From an archaeon (lineage in GTDB: Archaea > EX4484-52 > B79-G9), in contig JBDRKP010000067.1 of NCBI GenBank assembly GCA_043813875.1, forward strand, positions 1 through 58,707: a stretch of DNA of 58,707 nt, given 5' to 3'. The translations under genes and the position numbers were made by a program. This document shows, piece after piece, positions 29,245 to 38,906 of the stretch. Each line of letters begins with the position of its first letter. The stretch's first letter is position 1. The notes beneath the pieces are model-generated. The model was given only the letters and a program-made list of their open reading frames with translations, did not search any database and had not been told where the DNA came from.

Positions 29245-29544
29245 ATGCCAACATTAAAAGGAGCCTATAAAAGAGGATGGCAGTCTGCCAGAAGCAGAGG
29301 CCACCAGTCGACAGTCACATGCGGATTTTGCGGACGCATGGTCCCGCGATATAAGACTTTCACGACATACAGAGGATTCAGGATAACCGACCCATTCTTA
29401 AGAAAAGAACTGGAACACTCTTCCACCTCTTTCAGCCAGGAAAAAGTCTACGCATGCCCCGCCTGCGCAAGACACAGATCCATAGTCCAGAAAAGAGACG
29501 AAACGGGCCACAAAGTCACGAAAAAAAGAAGAAGCACCAGATAA
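29245..29544 (+). CDS. rps26e: 30S ribosomal protein eS26-like Zn-binding protein
   Basis: Basic 99-aa protein: RGH...V.CxxCGR.VP..K...D..L.KELE...Y.CxxCA.H..IV..R, matching the archaeal eS26 pattern. Confidence 0.75.
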   Translation: MPTLKGAYKRGWQSARSRGHQSTVTCGFCGRMVPRYKTFTTYRGFRITDPFLRKELEHSSTSFSQEKVYACPACARHRSIVQKRDETGHKVTKKRRSTR

Positions 29545-29628
29545 TGTTCGTTGATCCACGATTCTCATCAAAGCCCTGAAAAATATAAGAAGTAGCACGA
29601 CTAATTAGTCATTGGAATAAAGAGACCG

Positions 29629-31314
29629 GTGATAATCACGCCCTTAAGAGGACTATTGAGAAGAAAATACGATCAATCAAAACAGGAAAAAAGGATCATC
29701 GATGAAGAGATAGCCCGATTCACAGTCAGAGACAGTGAAAAAATCATAGTTCTCCCTGAAACAAAAGGAACAGAGAACACAGATGTAGTCTACCCGCTAA
29801 TACCCCCCTTCGCTTACGCCAGAATCACATGGAACGAAGAAGAACAAGCACTGATTTACCGTGTAGACCAGCCAGAACTGGACGAAGACGAAAAAGATCT
29901 GCTTCACCTCATAAGCAAAGGATTGACAAAAACACTGGAAACAAACATCAGCATACTAAGAGAAAGAGAAACACTGCTTAAATACATCCAACAAAAAACA
30001 AAGGAAATAATTGAAGAATACGGCATAACACTTAAACCCGGCCAATACACAAGGCTTATGTACTACATCTACATCAATTTCGTAGGCCTCAACGAACTTG
30101 AACCATTGATGCATGACAATTATATCGAAGACATAGGCTGTGACGGAACAAGTGTAGCACTCTATGTCACGCACAAAAAATACGGCAATATCAAAACAAA
30201 CATCTCCTTCAACACCAAAGAAAGATTGCAGGAATTCGTCACAAAACTCGCCGAAAGATGCGGCAAATACATATCCTACGCAGAACCGATTCTGGATGGC
30301 TCCCTGCCAGACGGCTCAAGAATAAACTCCACGCTGGCATCCGACGTGACAACAAGAGGCCCCACATTTTCTATCCGGAAATTCAGAAAAGTACCATACA
30401 GCGTAATCGACCTGATACGGCTAAAAACAGCTACGATTGACGAATTCGCATACCTCTGGTACGTCATAGAACACAAAGTGAACATATTAATCTGTGGCGG
30501 TACAGGAGCTGGAAAGACGTCTTTCCTGAACGCAATAGTCTCATTCATACCGCCCGAAGACAAGATAATTTCAATTGAAGACACACAGGAACTGAACCTG
30601 CCTCACGAAAACTGGATTCCGTGCATATCAAGGCTCTCTTTCGGCACCACCAATGCAAGAGGAGAAAAATACGGAGAAGTCACAATGTTCAGCTTACTAA
30701 AAGAATCATTCAGGCAAAACCCGGATTATGTTATCGTAGGCGAAGTAAGAGGTACAGAAGCATCAGTCCTTTTTCAGGGCATGGCATCAGGTCATCCGTC
30801 TTTCGGAACAATCCACGGAGGCTCAGTAGACGACATCATCAAAAGAATGCAGACACCCCCGATAAGCCTCTCACCGAGCCTTCTGGAGACACTGGACATT
30901 GTACTCGTCATAAGCCGCGCATTGCAATACGGAAAAAGCGCAAGAAGACTAAAAAGCATCTGCGAGATCGAAAGCATCGACTCAGACTCCGGAAGAGCAC
31001 GAATGATCAAAAGCTATCAATGGAGCCCGGGTGACGACAAACACGAAAAGCACAAGAGCTATGTCCTTGAAAAAATAAGCGCCGACTATGGTATCCCTTT
31101 TAATCAGATAATGGAAGATATAGAAGACAGAAGAGCCCTGCTCGAATGGCTATACCGGAAAAAAATAACCTATTTCAAAGATGTTTCCCTCTACATCGCA
31201 AAATATTACAAAAATAAAAAAGGCATCATGGAAATACTAAAAAAAGACATCCCTGCAAACGACATAAAAGAAGATGTACAATCTAGATCTTCAACACTAT
31301 GCCCTCTTCAGTAA
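29629..31314 (+). CDS. Type IV pilus/archaellum-type assembly ATPase (FlaI/PilB family)
   Basis: IEDIGCDG, LPDGSRIN, FSIRKF, Walker A GGTGAGKT, SIEDTQEL, RQNPDYVIVGEVRG and GH...TIH. Confidence 0.93.
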   Translation: MIITPLRGLLRRKYDQSKQEKRIIDEEIARFTVRDSEKIIVLPETKGTENTDVVYPLIPPFAYARITWNEEEQALIYRVDQPELDEDEKDLLHLISKGLTKTLETNISILRERETLLKYIQQKTKEIIEEYGITLKPGQYTRLMYYIYINFVGLNELEPLMHDNYIEDIGCDGTSVALYVTHKKYGNIKTNISFNTKERLQEFVTKLAERCGKYISYAEPILDGSLPDGSRINSTLASDVTTRGPTFSIRKFRKVPYSVIDLIRLKTATIDEFAYLWYVIEHKVNILICGGTGAGKTSFLNAIVSFIPPEDKIISIEDTQELNLPHENWIPCISRLSFGTTNARGEKYGEVTMFSLLKESFRQNPDYVIVGEVRGTEASVLFQGMASGHPSFGTIHGGSVDDIIKRMQTPPISLSPSLLETLDIVLVISRALQYGKSARRLKSICEIESIDSDSGRARMIKSYQWSPGDDKHEKHKSYVLEKISADYGIPFNQIMEDIEDRRALLEWLYRKKITYFKDVSLYIAKYYKNKKGIMEILKKDIPANDIKEDVQSRSSTLCPLQ

Positions 31315-31960
31315 TCTCATATTCCACCCATATTCTTTGATGGCGTGTATCCTTCATCTTCGATATCCTCAAAAATCTCTTATCTTCTTCAAACTTCATC
31401 TCAATCAAGCCATCAGCAAGAAAATTCAGAGTAGAAACGATTCTGATATCATGTACCCCCTCCTCCAGAGTAAGAAATAAAGTTGAATCAGTTGAAGTAG
31501 ACTTAGCAATAAACTCTTGCAAAAAAAGAGGCACCATCTGCGGATCAGAATACAAAAACAACGTAGATATAGAATCAGCAACCAATCGCTTATCTTTTTT
31601 GCCGATATCACGCAACAGATCCGTAAAGACCATATTCAATTGATTAAGATTAGACAAGCCATCGACCGCATACATGGAATTACAACCAGACCCGATCCTC
31701 CACGAAAAGCAATCAAGAAAAGTCAACTTCCCATCGCTATTCCAACCGAAACGCTTCATGGATTGCCTTATAGACTCCGGCCGGCTATCAAAAGTAACGA
31801 AAATGCACTCCTCATTTTCCCTTATGCCTTCATTCAAAATCTGCTCACAAAGGATGCTCTTTCCAACACCAGGCGGACCAATGAGTAAAATAGCCGCATT
31901 TTTCGGAAACCCTCCCTCAATCAGCTTATCCAGATTTTTGATACCCGACTGTTCGCGCAT
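31283..31960 (-). CDS. KaiC-like (RAD55-family) ATPase
   Basis: SGIKNLD..GGFP, Walker A GPPGVGKS, RLVADSIS, LADGLIEM and LRISKMK. Confidence 0.88.
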   Translation of the reverse strand: MREQSGIKNLDKLIEGGFPKNAAILLIGPPGVGKSILCEQILNEGIRENEECIFVTFDSRPESIRQSMKRFGWNSDGKLTFLDCFSWRIGSGCNSMYAVDGLSNLNQLNMVFTDLLRDIGKKDKRLVADSISTLFLYSDPQMVPLFLQEFIAKSTSTDSTLFLTLEEGVHDIRIVSTLNFLADGLIEMKFEEDKRFLRISKMKDTRHQRIWVEYEITEEGIVLKI

Positions 31961-31978
31961 AAGTTCACCATCACCACA

Positions 31979-32455
31979 TTAGCACACACGCGCCACAAAT
32001 TCGCAGTAATCGTCCCCCAGCCCCCCGCAAAGAGTCTCCCTGACAACCACCCTTTTTTTGACTTTCGACTCGAGGAACCCCGCAATAATCCCTGCCTCAA
32101 AATAACATATCTGCGCTTCCACCGGATGCATATCCCTGCATGCACTGCAATCTTCTAGCCGGAATACATACCTCGTACCAGAATCACCGATCAGCTTCAA
32201 TTTACCGATACCGGACCTCATAAAAAAATCCTCTAGAAACGCACACGCCTTCTCAACACTATCCGCATCACACCTATCGGACAAAGAATTCTTGGCAAAC
32301 TTCTTACCCGCCATATAAAGTGCCGAAAAATAACCCACACTCAACCATTCCAACGAATATACCATCAACCGTTTTGAAACATTAGGACATAGTTCTTTAT
32401 CTTTTAAAAACACATCAAGCTCCCGATCAATTGCTTCCTTCCAAGAATCCTCCAT
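31979..32455 (-). CDS. V4R-domain protein
   Basis: LYMAGKKFA, GIGKL, DCSAC, ICYFEAGIIAGFLE and RETLCGGLGDDYCEF. Confidence 0.88.
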   Translation of the reverse strand: MEDSWKEAIDRELDVFLKDKELCPNVSKRLMVYSLEWLSVGYFSALYMAGKKFAKNSLSDRCDADSVEKACAFLEDFFMRSGIGKLKLIGDSGTRYVFRLEDCSACRDMHPVEAQICYFEAGIIAGFLESKVKKRVVVRETLCGGLGDDYCEFVARVC

Positions 32456-32482
32456 ATTCTACCACCATCTTTAACTTCAATC

Positions 32483-32755
32483 TCATACTTTATGCGTAAC
32501 ATATAACTGATAAAATCCAACCAACAATAAAACAGAACCCAATACAGAAGCAACCAGATAATTGCCACTACCCATCCCGGCATTTTCCAGCGCCTTCATC
32601 AATTCACTGCATGCAAAAACAGCAAATGCTACAGAGATAACAATCCAGTATCTCTCAATATTAGGAAACAGAGACGAATACCGGTATATAAACCACGAGA
32701 TTAATGCAAACATCATCGCTGTAATAAGATCACTCATAAAGAGCATACTATACAT
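32483..32755 (-). CDS. Small 3-TM membrane protein
   Basis: 90 aa with three hydrophobic helices and IERYW motif. RBS GAGGA, overlapping the upstream gene. Confidence 0.7.
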   Translation of the reverse strand: MYSMLFMSDLITAMMFALISWFIYRYSSLFPNIERYWIVISVAFAVFACSELMKALENAGMGSGNYLVASVLGSVLLLVGFYQLYVTHKV

Positions 32756-33041
32756 TCCTCGTCTCCTCCTCGATTTTATACACAGCATACATCGCAAGCG
32801 CCGGCCCAATCGGCTGGATCAGCGCATAAAATATATCGAAAAACTCCAGGTTAAAATATGAATTCATCATCGGCAACAGAGCATCAGAAACCCAATATAT
32901 AGACACACCCCAAAAGAAAAACTTCCAGTAATCAGGAATATCCCTATACTCAAAGAACCGGTTAAGGAACTTATTAAAGAAATACAAGGATACAAAACCA
33001 ATCACTACATAAAAGTACACTAACAAAGTCATAATCAACAT
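32748..33041 (-). CDS. Small 3-TM membrane protein (apparent paralog of the downstream one)
   Basis: About 97 aa with three hydrophobic helices and IPDYW motif. Start trimmed from the ORF track to avoid overlap with the divergent kaiC-like gene. Confidence 0.7.
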   Translation of the reverse strand: MLIMTLLVYFYVVIGFVSLYFFNKFLNRFFEYRDIPDYWKFFFWGVSIYWVSDALLPMMNSYFNLEFFDIFYALIQPIGPALAMYAVYKIEEETRNV

Positions 33042-33120
33042 ATACCATATTTGTTTACAAACATATATATATGAAAATTGACCATATATCCATACAGATT
33101 TAAGAAAGTGAGGAATTAGC

Positions 33121-33816
33121 TTGATAGAAAGAATAAAAACAAACATAACAGGTCTTGACGACATACTTAACGGCGGCATTCCTGAAGGAAATGAAATACT
33201 GATAGCAGGGCCAACCGGCTCTGGCAAAACCATACTCTCATTAGAATTCCTCTACCGTGGCGCACTCAATGGTGAAAGAGGCATATACATATCCTTCGAA
33301 GAAGACGAAAAAGCAATTGTAAGGAATGTAACTGAGATAGGCATGGATCTGGCAGAACAGATAGAAAACGATATGATTCGGGTTATCCGATATGATCCCT
33401 ACAGATTCGAAAACCTATCAGACCTGCTAACGATGAACATCAAAGAGACCGGAGCAAAAAGAATCGTAATAGACTCAATAACCGCGATAAATCTCTACAT
33501 CCAGGAAGAAAAAGACATAAGAAAGACACTTGTCGACATACAGTCAATATTAAGAAACAACAACTGCACCGCATTTCTTATCTCCGAGATACCTGCAGAA
33601 AACAGCAAAATGATAAGCAGATTCGGCGTCGAAGAATTCGTAGCAGACGGGATCATCATCCTTTATTACACACACATAAACTCCGAATACTCAAGATCAA
33701 TATCAGTATGGAAAATGAGGGGCTCAACACACTCGCGAAAAATACACCCTTTCAAGATATCAAAAGAAGGCATAATCATCTATCCGCGAGAAGAAGCCTT
33801 GATAAAACTCAATTAG
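33121..33816 (+). CDS. KaiC-like RecA-superfamily ATPase
   Basis: ITGLDDILNGGIP, GPTGSGKT, ISFEE, RIVIDS, SRFGVEEFVADGII and KMRGSTHS. Confidence 0.9.
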   Translation: MIERIKTNITGLDDILNGGIPEGNEILIAGPTGSGKTILSLEFLYRGALNGERGIYISFEEDEKAIVRNVTEIGMDLAEQIENDMIRVIRYDPYRFENLSDLLTMNIKETGAKRIVIDSITAINLYIQEEKDIRKTLVDIQSILRNNNCTAFLISEIPAENSKMISRFGVEEFVADGIIILYYTHINSEYSRSISVWKMRGSTHSRKIHPFKISKEGIIIYPREEALIKLN

Positions 33817-33904
33817 CCAGTGATAAAATGCTAAAAAAAAAAAGAATCAGAATGAATACGATACCTCATTAAACGAACTGAAATCATTTTTAACTTCAAA
33901 GGGC

Positions 33905-34876
33905 TTGATTGAAGAACAAAAAAAACAGCATATAAATCGTTCTTCATATACTTCAAAAATATCAGTCATGACTGAATCCCTGCTAAATACAAAATACCTG
34001 AAAAACTACAAAGCTTTCTCAAATGTGCTTTTTACAGGCCTCAGCAAGAAGATGGACATATATTTCAATCCACTGAAAAATGCATTGGAATCATCCAATA
34101 TAGATATACTCCCAAACACATACCTGACCCTATCTTTATCTACCTCATTTCTTGCAGCACTAGGTTCCGTCATCATGATACTATTCGAAACGACATTCAT
34201 ATCAATAGGTCCAATTGCCCTTGCATCAGGTCTCATTTTTATTCCCGTGGTTTCCTTCCTATTAGTATTTTCTATATTCTACATGTATCCATTCCAGAAA
34301 CTCCATCAAAATGCAACAAATATCAACACTAATCTTCCATTTGCTATCAACCACATGGCAGCCATCGCATCTGCGGGAGTTCCACCCCTGAAGTGTTTTG
34401 AAATGCTGGCTGAATTCGGGGAATACGGAGGCGTATCAGATGAATCAAGAAACATCGTACGCAGAGTAAATGGATTTGGTGAAGACATAACACAATCAAT
34501 AAAATACGTTGCACAAAGAACACCGTCAAGGGACTTCAAAGATTTGCTCTATGGGATGCTATCGGTCATTGAAAGCGGAGGCAACATGAAAGAATACCTC
34601 AACGAAATGGCACAACTGGCACTATTTAATTATAAACTATCAAGAAAAAAATACATCAACTCATTGTCTACTTATGCAGACATCTATACAGCAATCTTGA
34701 TAGCAGCGCCACTATTTTTAGTATCCATCCTATCGGTCATGAACCTGGTACCAGGAACAACAGGAGTCGCAGGAATGTCAATAATCTATTTTATGAGCAT
34801 GGGAATATATGTTGTCATACCCACACTAAACATAGCATTCATATTGTTTATTACCTACACACAACCGGAAATCTGA
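33905..34876 (+). CDS. Type IV pilus membrane platform protein (TadC/FlaJ, GspF domain); true start may be ATG 33828 across an A11 tract
   Basis: LPFAINHMAAIASAG, EYGGVS.E, FGEDI...RTPS and ESGG motifs with several TM helices. Confidence 0.87.
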   Translation: MIEEQKKQHINRSSYTSKISVMTESLLNTKYLKNYKAFSNVLFTGLSKKMDIYFNPLKNALESSNIDILPNTYLTLSLSTSFLAALGSVIMILFETTFISIGPIALASGLIFIPVVSFLLVFSIFYMYPFQKLHQNATNINTNLPFAINHMAAIASAGVPPLKCFEMLAEFGEYGGVSDESRNIVRRVNGFGEDITQSIKYVAQRTPSRDFKDLLYGMLSVIESGGNMKEYLNEMAQLALFNYKLSRKKYINSLSTYADIYTAILIAAPLFLVSILSVMNLVPGTTGVAGMSIIYFMSMGIYVVIPTLNIAFILFITYTQPEI

Positions 34877-34881
34877 TCTAC

Positions 34882-35787
34882 ATGTCACTCAAAGAAACAT
34901 ATCACAACTACAAAGAACTAATCACCATAATCCTATCAATATTAGCCGGAAGTGCAATAGTCATCATCAATATACTAATCATTGGCCCGGAAAGTGACTT
35001 CTTGTTCACAATCACAAACATCATTGCAGTTGGAACAGTATCCCTGCCGATAGCAATAGTATACTACAACAAATATAAGCTGATAAAAGCTTACGAAGAC
35101 ATATATCCTGACTTCTTAAGAACAATCGTTGAAGGATTGAGTGGCGGGATGTCACTTCCGCTTGCGATAAACTACGCCTCCCAGAGCAACTATGGTATCC
35201 TGACACCAGCCGTAAAAAAACTCGTCGCCCAGATATCATGGGGTGTCTGTTTTGAAGATGCCCTCCGAAACTTTGCAGACACCATTCAAAGTCCGGTCGT
35301 TACAAGATCAGTATCAACAATAATCGAATGCCACAGATCTGGCGGTAACATTGGAGACGTCTTAAACTCAGTAAGCGGCTCACTCATTGAAATAGAAAAG
35401 ATAAGACGGGAGCGCTCGATGATGATATCAAGCCAGATGATGACAGGATACATCATATTCTTCGTCTTCATAGTAGTAATGATTGGCATAAGAGAATTTT
35501 TCCTCTGCGGCTTCAGTTTTCCTGCTTCAAGCGTGGGCGGCGAAACATTCTTTCAAGAAAACCAGCCCGAAGGATATACTTCAGAGAAGTACGGAACAAT
35601 GTTTACACACCTTGCGATAATTCAGGGGTTTTTTGCAGGTTTGGTTATCGGGAAACTATCAGAAGGGCGCCTAAGCGCAGGCACGAAACACGCAATAATC
35701 CTCGCATTGACAGGCTATACGTCATTAGTTCTCGCACATGAAATCATCAAATCCATGAATTTATTCGCAGGCAGCGGCACATGCTAA
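34882..35787 (+). CDS. Second type IV pilus membrane platform protein (GspF domain)
   Basis: PDFLR...GMSL..AI...YG.LT, ISWG..FEDAL, SGGNIGDVL and IQGFFAGLVIGKLSEG. Confidence 0.88.
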   Translation: MSLKETYHNYKELITIILSILAGSAIVIINILIIGPESDFLFTITNIIAVGTVSLPIAIVYYNKYKLIKAYEDIYPDFLRTIVEGLSGGMSLPLAINYASQSNYGILTPAVKKLVAQISWGVCFEDALRNFADTIQSPVVTRSVSTIIECHRSGGNIGDVLNSVSGSLIEIEKIRRERSMMISSQMMTGYIIFFVFIVVMIGIREFFLCGFSFPASSVGGETFFQENQPEGYTSEKYGTMFTHLAIIQGFFAGLVIGKLSEGRLSAGTKHAIILALTGYTSLVLAHEIIKSMNLFAGSGTC

Positions 35788-35898
35788 CTAATCACAGGAA
35801 ATTCAAAGAGCAACTAATAAGAAAGATATATATACTAGATAAGCCCATTATCTTATAGTAAATCGACACAAAATTAAACACTCAAGGTGCACAACACA

Positions 35899-36429
35899 AT
35901 GATATTTTCAAAAAGAAAGGGAGTAAGCCCACTCATAGCAGCAGTATTATTGATTGCGTTCACAATGGCTGTAGCTGCGATACTGACAGCATGGATTGCA
36001 GGATTTACACAAGAGCACAAAGACCGCAGCGAAGCATTTGACAGGAAGATAAGTTGCGCGTACTCAAACATAGAAGCAGACAGGGATTATGCAAAATGGA
36101 ATGACACAAACAAAATATTTTACACCCTCATCTCAAACACCGGCGTCGATGCCATCACACTCACAAAAGTGGAAACATGGGTAGGAAGCGCTAAGCAAAT
36201 ACCAATCTATCTGGACACAAATAATAGTAACAGAATCGTTGATAAGAACGCCTACGCAGAACTTTATATAAATTTGAGCAGTGCATTTTCTTCCGGAACC
36301 GGCGAACTTACCAAGGTAAAGTTAATCACAGAATGCGAGCCGGTATTTGATACAGTCACACAGCCACAAGGCGGTTGGACCACATTCGCATGGGATCCAG
36401 CCACACAACCTCTCGCCAACACCAAGTAA
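35899..36429 (+). CDS. Archaeal type IV pilin
   Basis: Class III signal peptide KRKG|VSPLIAAVLLIAFTMAVA. Confidence 0.9.
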   Translation: MIFSKRKGVSPLIAAVLLIAFTMAVAAILTAWIAGFTQEHKDRSEAFDRKISCAYSNIEADRDYAKWNDTNKIFYTLISNTGVDAITLTKVETWVGSAKQIPIYLDTNNSNRIVDKNAYAELYINLSSAFSSGTGELTKVKLITECEPVFDTVTQPQGGWTTFAWDPATQPLANTK

Positions 36430-36479
36430 GAAAAATGATTTAATAAAATCATCTAAATAATCACTTATCAATCATAGTT

Positions 36480-36944
36480 ATGCATCGCAAAGGAGTATCA
36501 CCATTGATTGCCGTAGTGCTTTTGATAGCCTTTACTCTGGCAATAGGCGGATTCCTGTCAAGCTGGCTGCAGGAATTCACACACGAACAAACAGACCTCG
36601 CCACCGAAAACGCAGATGCAGGCTGCATATATGCAACATTTAACGCAGAAGATGCGACATACAATGCATCAGGCAGCAACAAACTGATATTCGACGTAAA
36701 GAGCACAGGCACCCGTGACATAAACATAAAGCAGATAACAGTGACTGCACTAAACATGAGCCGCTTATCCTACACAAGCCCCAATAATTTCAGCGGAACA
36801 GTCAACGCAGGAGATGAGATAGGAATCGTCTTAACCATCGACCCAGCCATAATCCAAAATATCTCAAGAGTAAGAATCATTCCAAGCGATTGCCCGAACA
36901 ATGCAGACGAAATCAAAAGAGAAGAGATAACCCACTACAGCTAA
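36480..36944 (+). CDS. Archaeal type IV pilin
   Basis: Class III signal peptide RKG|VSPLIAVVLLIAFTLAIG. Confidence 0.9.
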   Translation: MHRKGVSPLIAVVLLIAFTLAIGGFLSSWLQEFTHEQTDLATENADAGCIYATFNAEDATYNASGSNKLIFDVKSTGTRDINIKQITVTALNMSRLSYTSPNNFSGTVNAGDEIGIVLTIDPAIIQNISRVRIIPSDCPNNADEIKREEITHYS

Positions 36945-36955
36945 TTGACAAAAAA

Positions 36956-38134
36956 TTAATTTCTAATCCTGAGAACATTCAGCAATCCGACAAAATTCTC
37001 TTTTGATATACTGCCGGAAGCTACCTTCTTCAACGCCTCCTTGGCATTAAAAGCTATACCCAAACCAGCATTCTCAAGCATAAGAGAATCATTTGCGCCA
37101 TCACCGACCGCCACCACCTGATCCTTCTGAAGACCGTATTTCATCCTCAACTCCTCTATTATCTCCCATTTCTTCAGAGCATCGATAATATCCCCTTCAA
37201 TCTCACCTGTCAGCCTGTTGTCTTCTATTACCAGCTTATTGGCATACACATGATCAAAATTCAGCCTCTCGTTCAGCTTATCAGTAAAATAAGTAAAACC
37301 TCCACTAACAAGCGCAGTCTTATAGCCCTGCAATTTCAACGCCCTTATAAGCTCCTCAGCACCCGGCGTAAGCCTCAGATTATCATAGACATCCTTCAAA
37401 ACAGATTCATCCAAACCCATAAGCAGCTTCACCCTCAGCCTCAGTGACTCCTTGAAATCCATCTCCCCATTCATGGCCCTCTGCGTCAGCGCTTTCACAC
37501 GAGACTCGACATTCGCTTTTTTTGCAATCTCATCAATGATCTCAGCATCGACTATAGTCGAATCCATATCAAAGACAATCAGCCTTTTTTCACGGCTGAA
37601 TATATCCTCCCTCTGGAAAACGATATCCATACCAAGCGAAGCGCCCTTCTCCCTAAGGACACACCTCAATTCTTTTGCGCTCTTCGTGCCGATATCAAGC
37701 AGCATCTCAATAGTGATCAAGTTATCACGGGCGACAAGCGAAATCTTCAGGATATTCACTTTCTCCAAAGACAGATAGTTCGCGATTTCATATACAAGCC
37801 CTGTCCTGTTTCTTGCAACAACCGACAAGACATACTTCTTTTTCATGACACAATTAGTGCACTTTGCCAGAGGCTCATTCTCAAGCTTGCTCAACTCGAT
37901 ATTAAGAGACAATTCATCTCTCATTGCATACAGCTTCTCCTGCAACTCAGAACAAGAGATCCTGCCGAGAGAAAGATCGACAATCATGAACATAGAAAAC
38001 ATCTTATGTATCACAGTATGCCCTATATCGATGATATTGAGATTATTCTCTGCAAACACTTTAGAGATGTCTGCAATAATACCGACTCTGTCCTTGCCGG
38101 ATATATTTATTACTACCCAGTCTTTCTCACTCAT
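36956..38134 (-). CDS. serB: Phosphoserine phosphatase with two N-terminal ACT domains
   Basis: ACT motif GKDRVGI, HAD motif FDMDST, AMNGEMDF, VSGGF and AVGDGAND. Confidence 0.93.
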   Translation of the reverse strand: MSEKDWVVINISGKDRVGIIADISKVFAENNLNIIDIGHTVIHKMFSMFMIVDLSLGRISCSELQEKLYAMRDELSLNIELSKLENEPLAKCTNCVMKKKYVLSVVARNRTGLVYEIANYLSLEKVNILKISLVARDNLITIEMLLDIGTKSAKELRCVLREKGASLGMDIVFQREDIFSREKRLIVFDMDSTIVDAEIIDEIAKKANVESRVKALTQRAMNGEMDFKESLRLRVKLLMGLDESVLKDVYDNLRLTPGAEELIRALKLQGYKTALVSGGFTYFTDKLNERLNFDHVYANKLVIEDNRLTGEIEGDIIDALKKWEIIEELRMKYGLQKDQVVAVGDGANDSLMLENAGLGIAFNAKEALKKVASGSISKENFVGLLNVLRIRN

Positions 38135-38193
38135 ATAAACACGAGGGGATTCAGAAATTTATATTGTCATGCCTTCCAGAAAACCTTAAAGAT

Positions 38194-38823
38194 TCAAGGC
38201 CGTACCCTTTTGATATTATAATAAGTCACATCATTCTCTTCATCAACCACAGCCAAAAGAGCCCTGGCCCTTATGTTTTGGCTCAGCCTGACATACCGCG
38301 ACCATTCCTGGTAACTCATCGTATGATTCTCAGGAACCGCATGAACATTATATTTCGTATGGTCCTTCGATTCTTTTGCGCCCTCCTTGTAAGGATTGAC
38401 ACCCCGGTCATACACACGGAAATGCGTACCGAACTTGAACCCGGACTTCACGATGAACCCCCGGTTTCTTAGATCGCGATACACACTATACTTCTGAGGA
38501 AACTCTTTATCGATAGACACGCACAGATTATAGAATGAATTGACATCCATCTTCTTATTACGCGCATTGCCCGCATTTATCTCTAGGAAACCTCTTTCCA
38601 AAAGCAACATTGACTCCTCAAGACTGAGCTGGAGATATGCCTTCTTTTCCACTTCAACCCACTTGCCAAAATACTTCTCCTGAAATATGGAATCTGCCTG
38701 CGCCTTATTCCACACTACTACCTTATTCTCAAGAAAGTCCCCGAATGCAATCGGCTCCTTCCGATGTTCAATAGAATTATTATCCGCATAATCTTCCGAT
38801 TCAATCTCATTTTTCTTTGCCAT
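38194..38823 (-). CDS. endA: tRNA-intron (splicing) endonuclease, catalytic unit
   Basis: LSLEE, VYRDLRNRGFIVKSGFKFGTHFRVY, catalytic H in DHTKY and AVVDEENDVTYY. Confidence 0.92.
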   Translation of the reverse strand: MAKKNEIESEDYADNNSIEHRKEPIAFGDFLENKVVVWNKAQADSIFQEKYFGKWVEVEKKAYLQLSLEESMLLLERGFLEINAGNARNKKMDVNSFYNLCVSIDKEFPQKYSVYRDLRNRGFIVKSGFKFGTHFRVYDRGVNPYKEGAKESKDHTKYNVHAVPENHTMSYQEWSRYVRLSQNIRARALLAVVDEENDVTYYNIKRVRP

Positions 38824-38906
38824 GACTATCACACTCAAATTAAATATATTGTCCTTTAAGAACATATAAAACATAATCTCTTTTAAATAAATATTGATTC
38901 CAGGCA

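Noticed and set aside
29629..36944. Archaellum (motility) operon
   Set aside because: No archaellin-type or ArlF/G genes are present. The two separate GspF genes and the pilins fit an adhesive type IV pilus.
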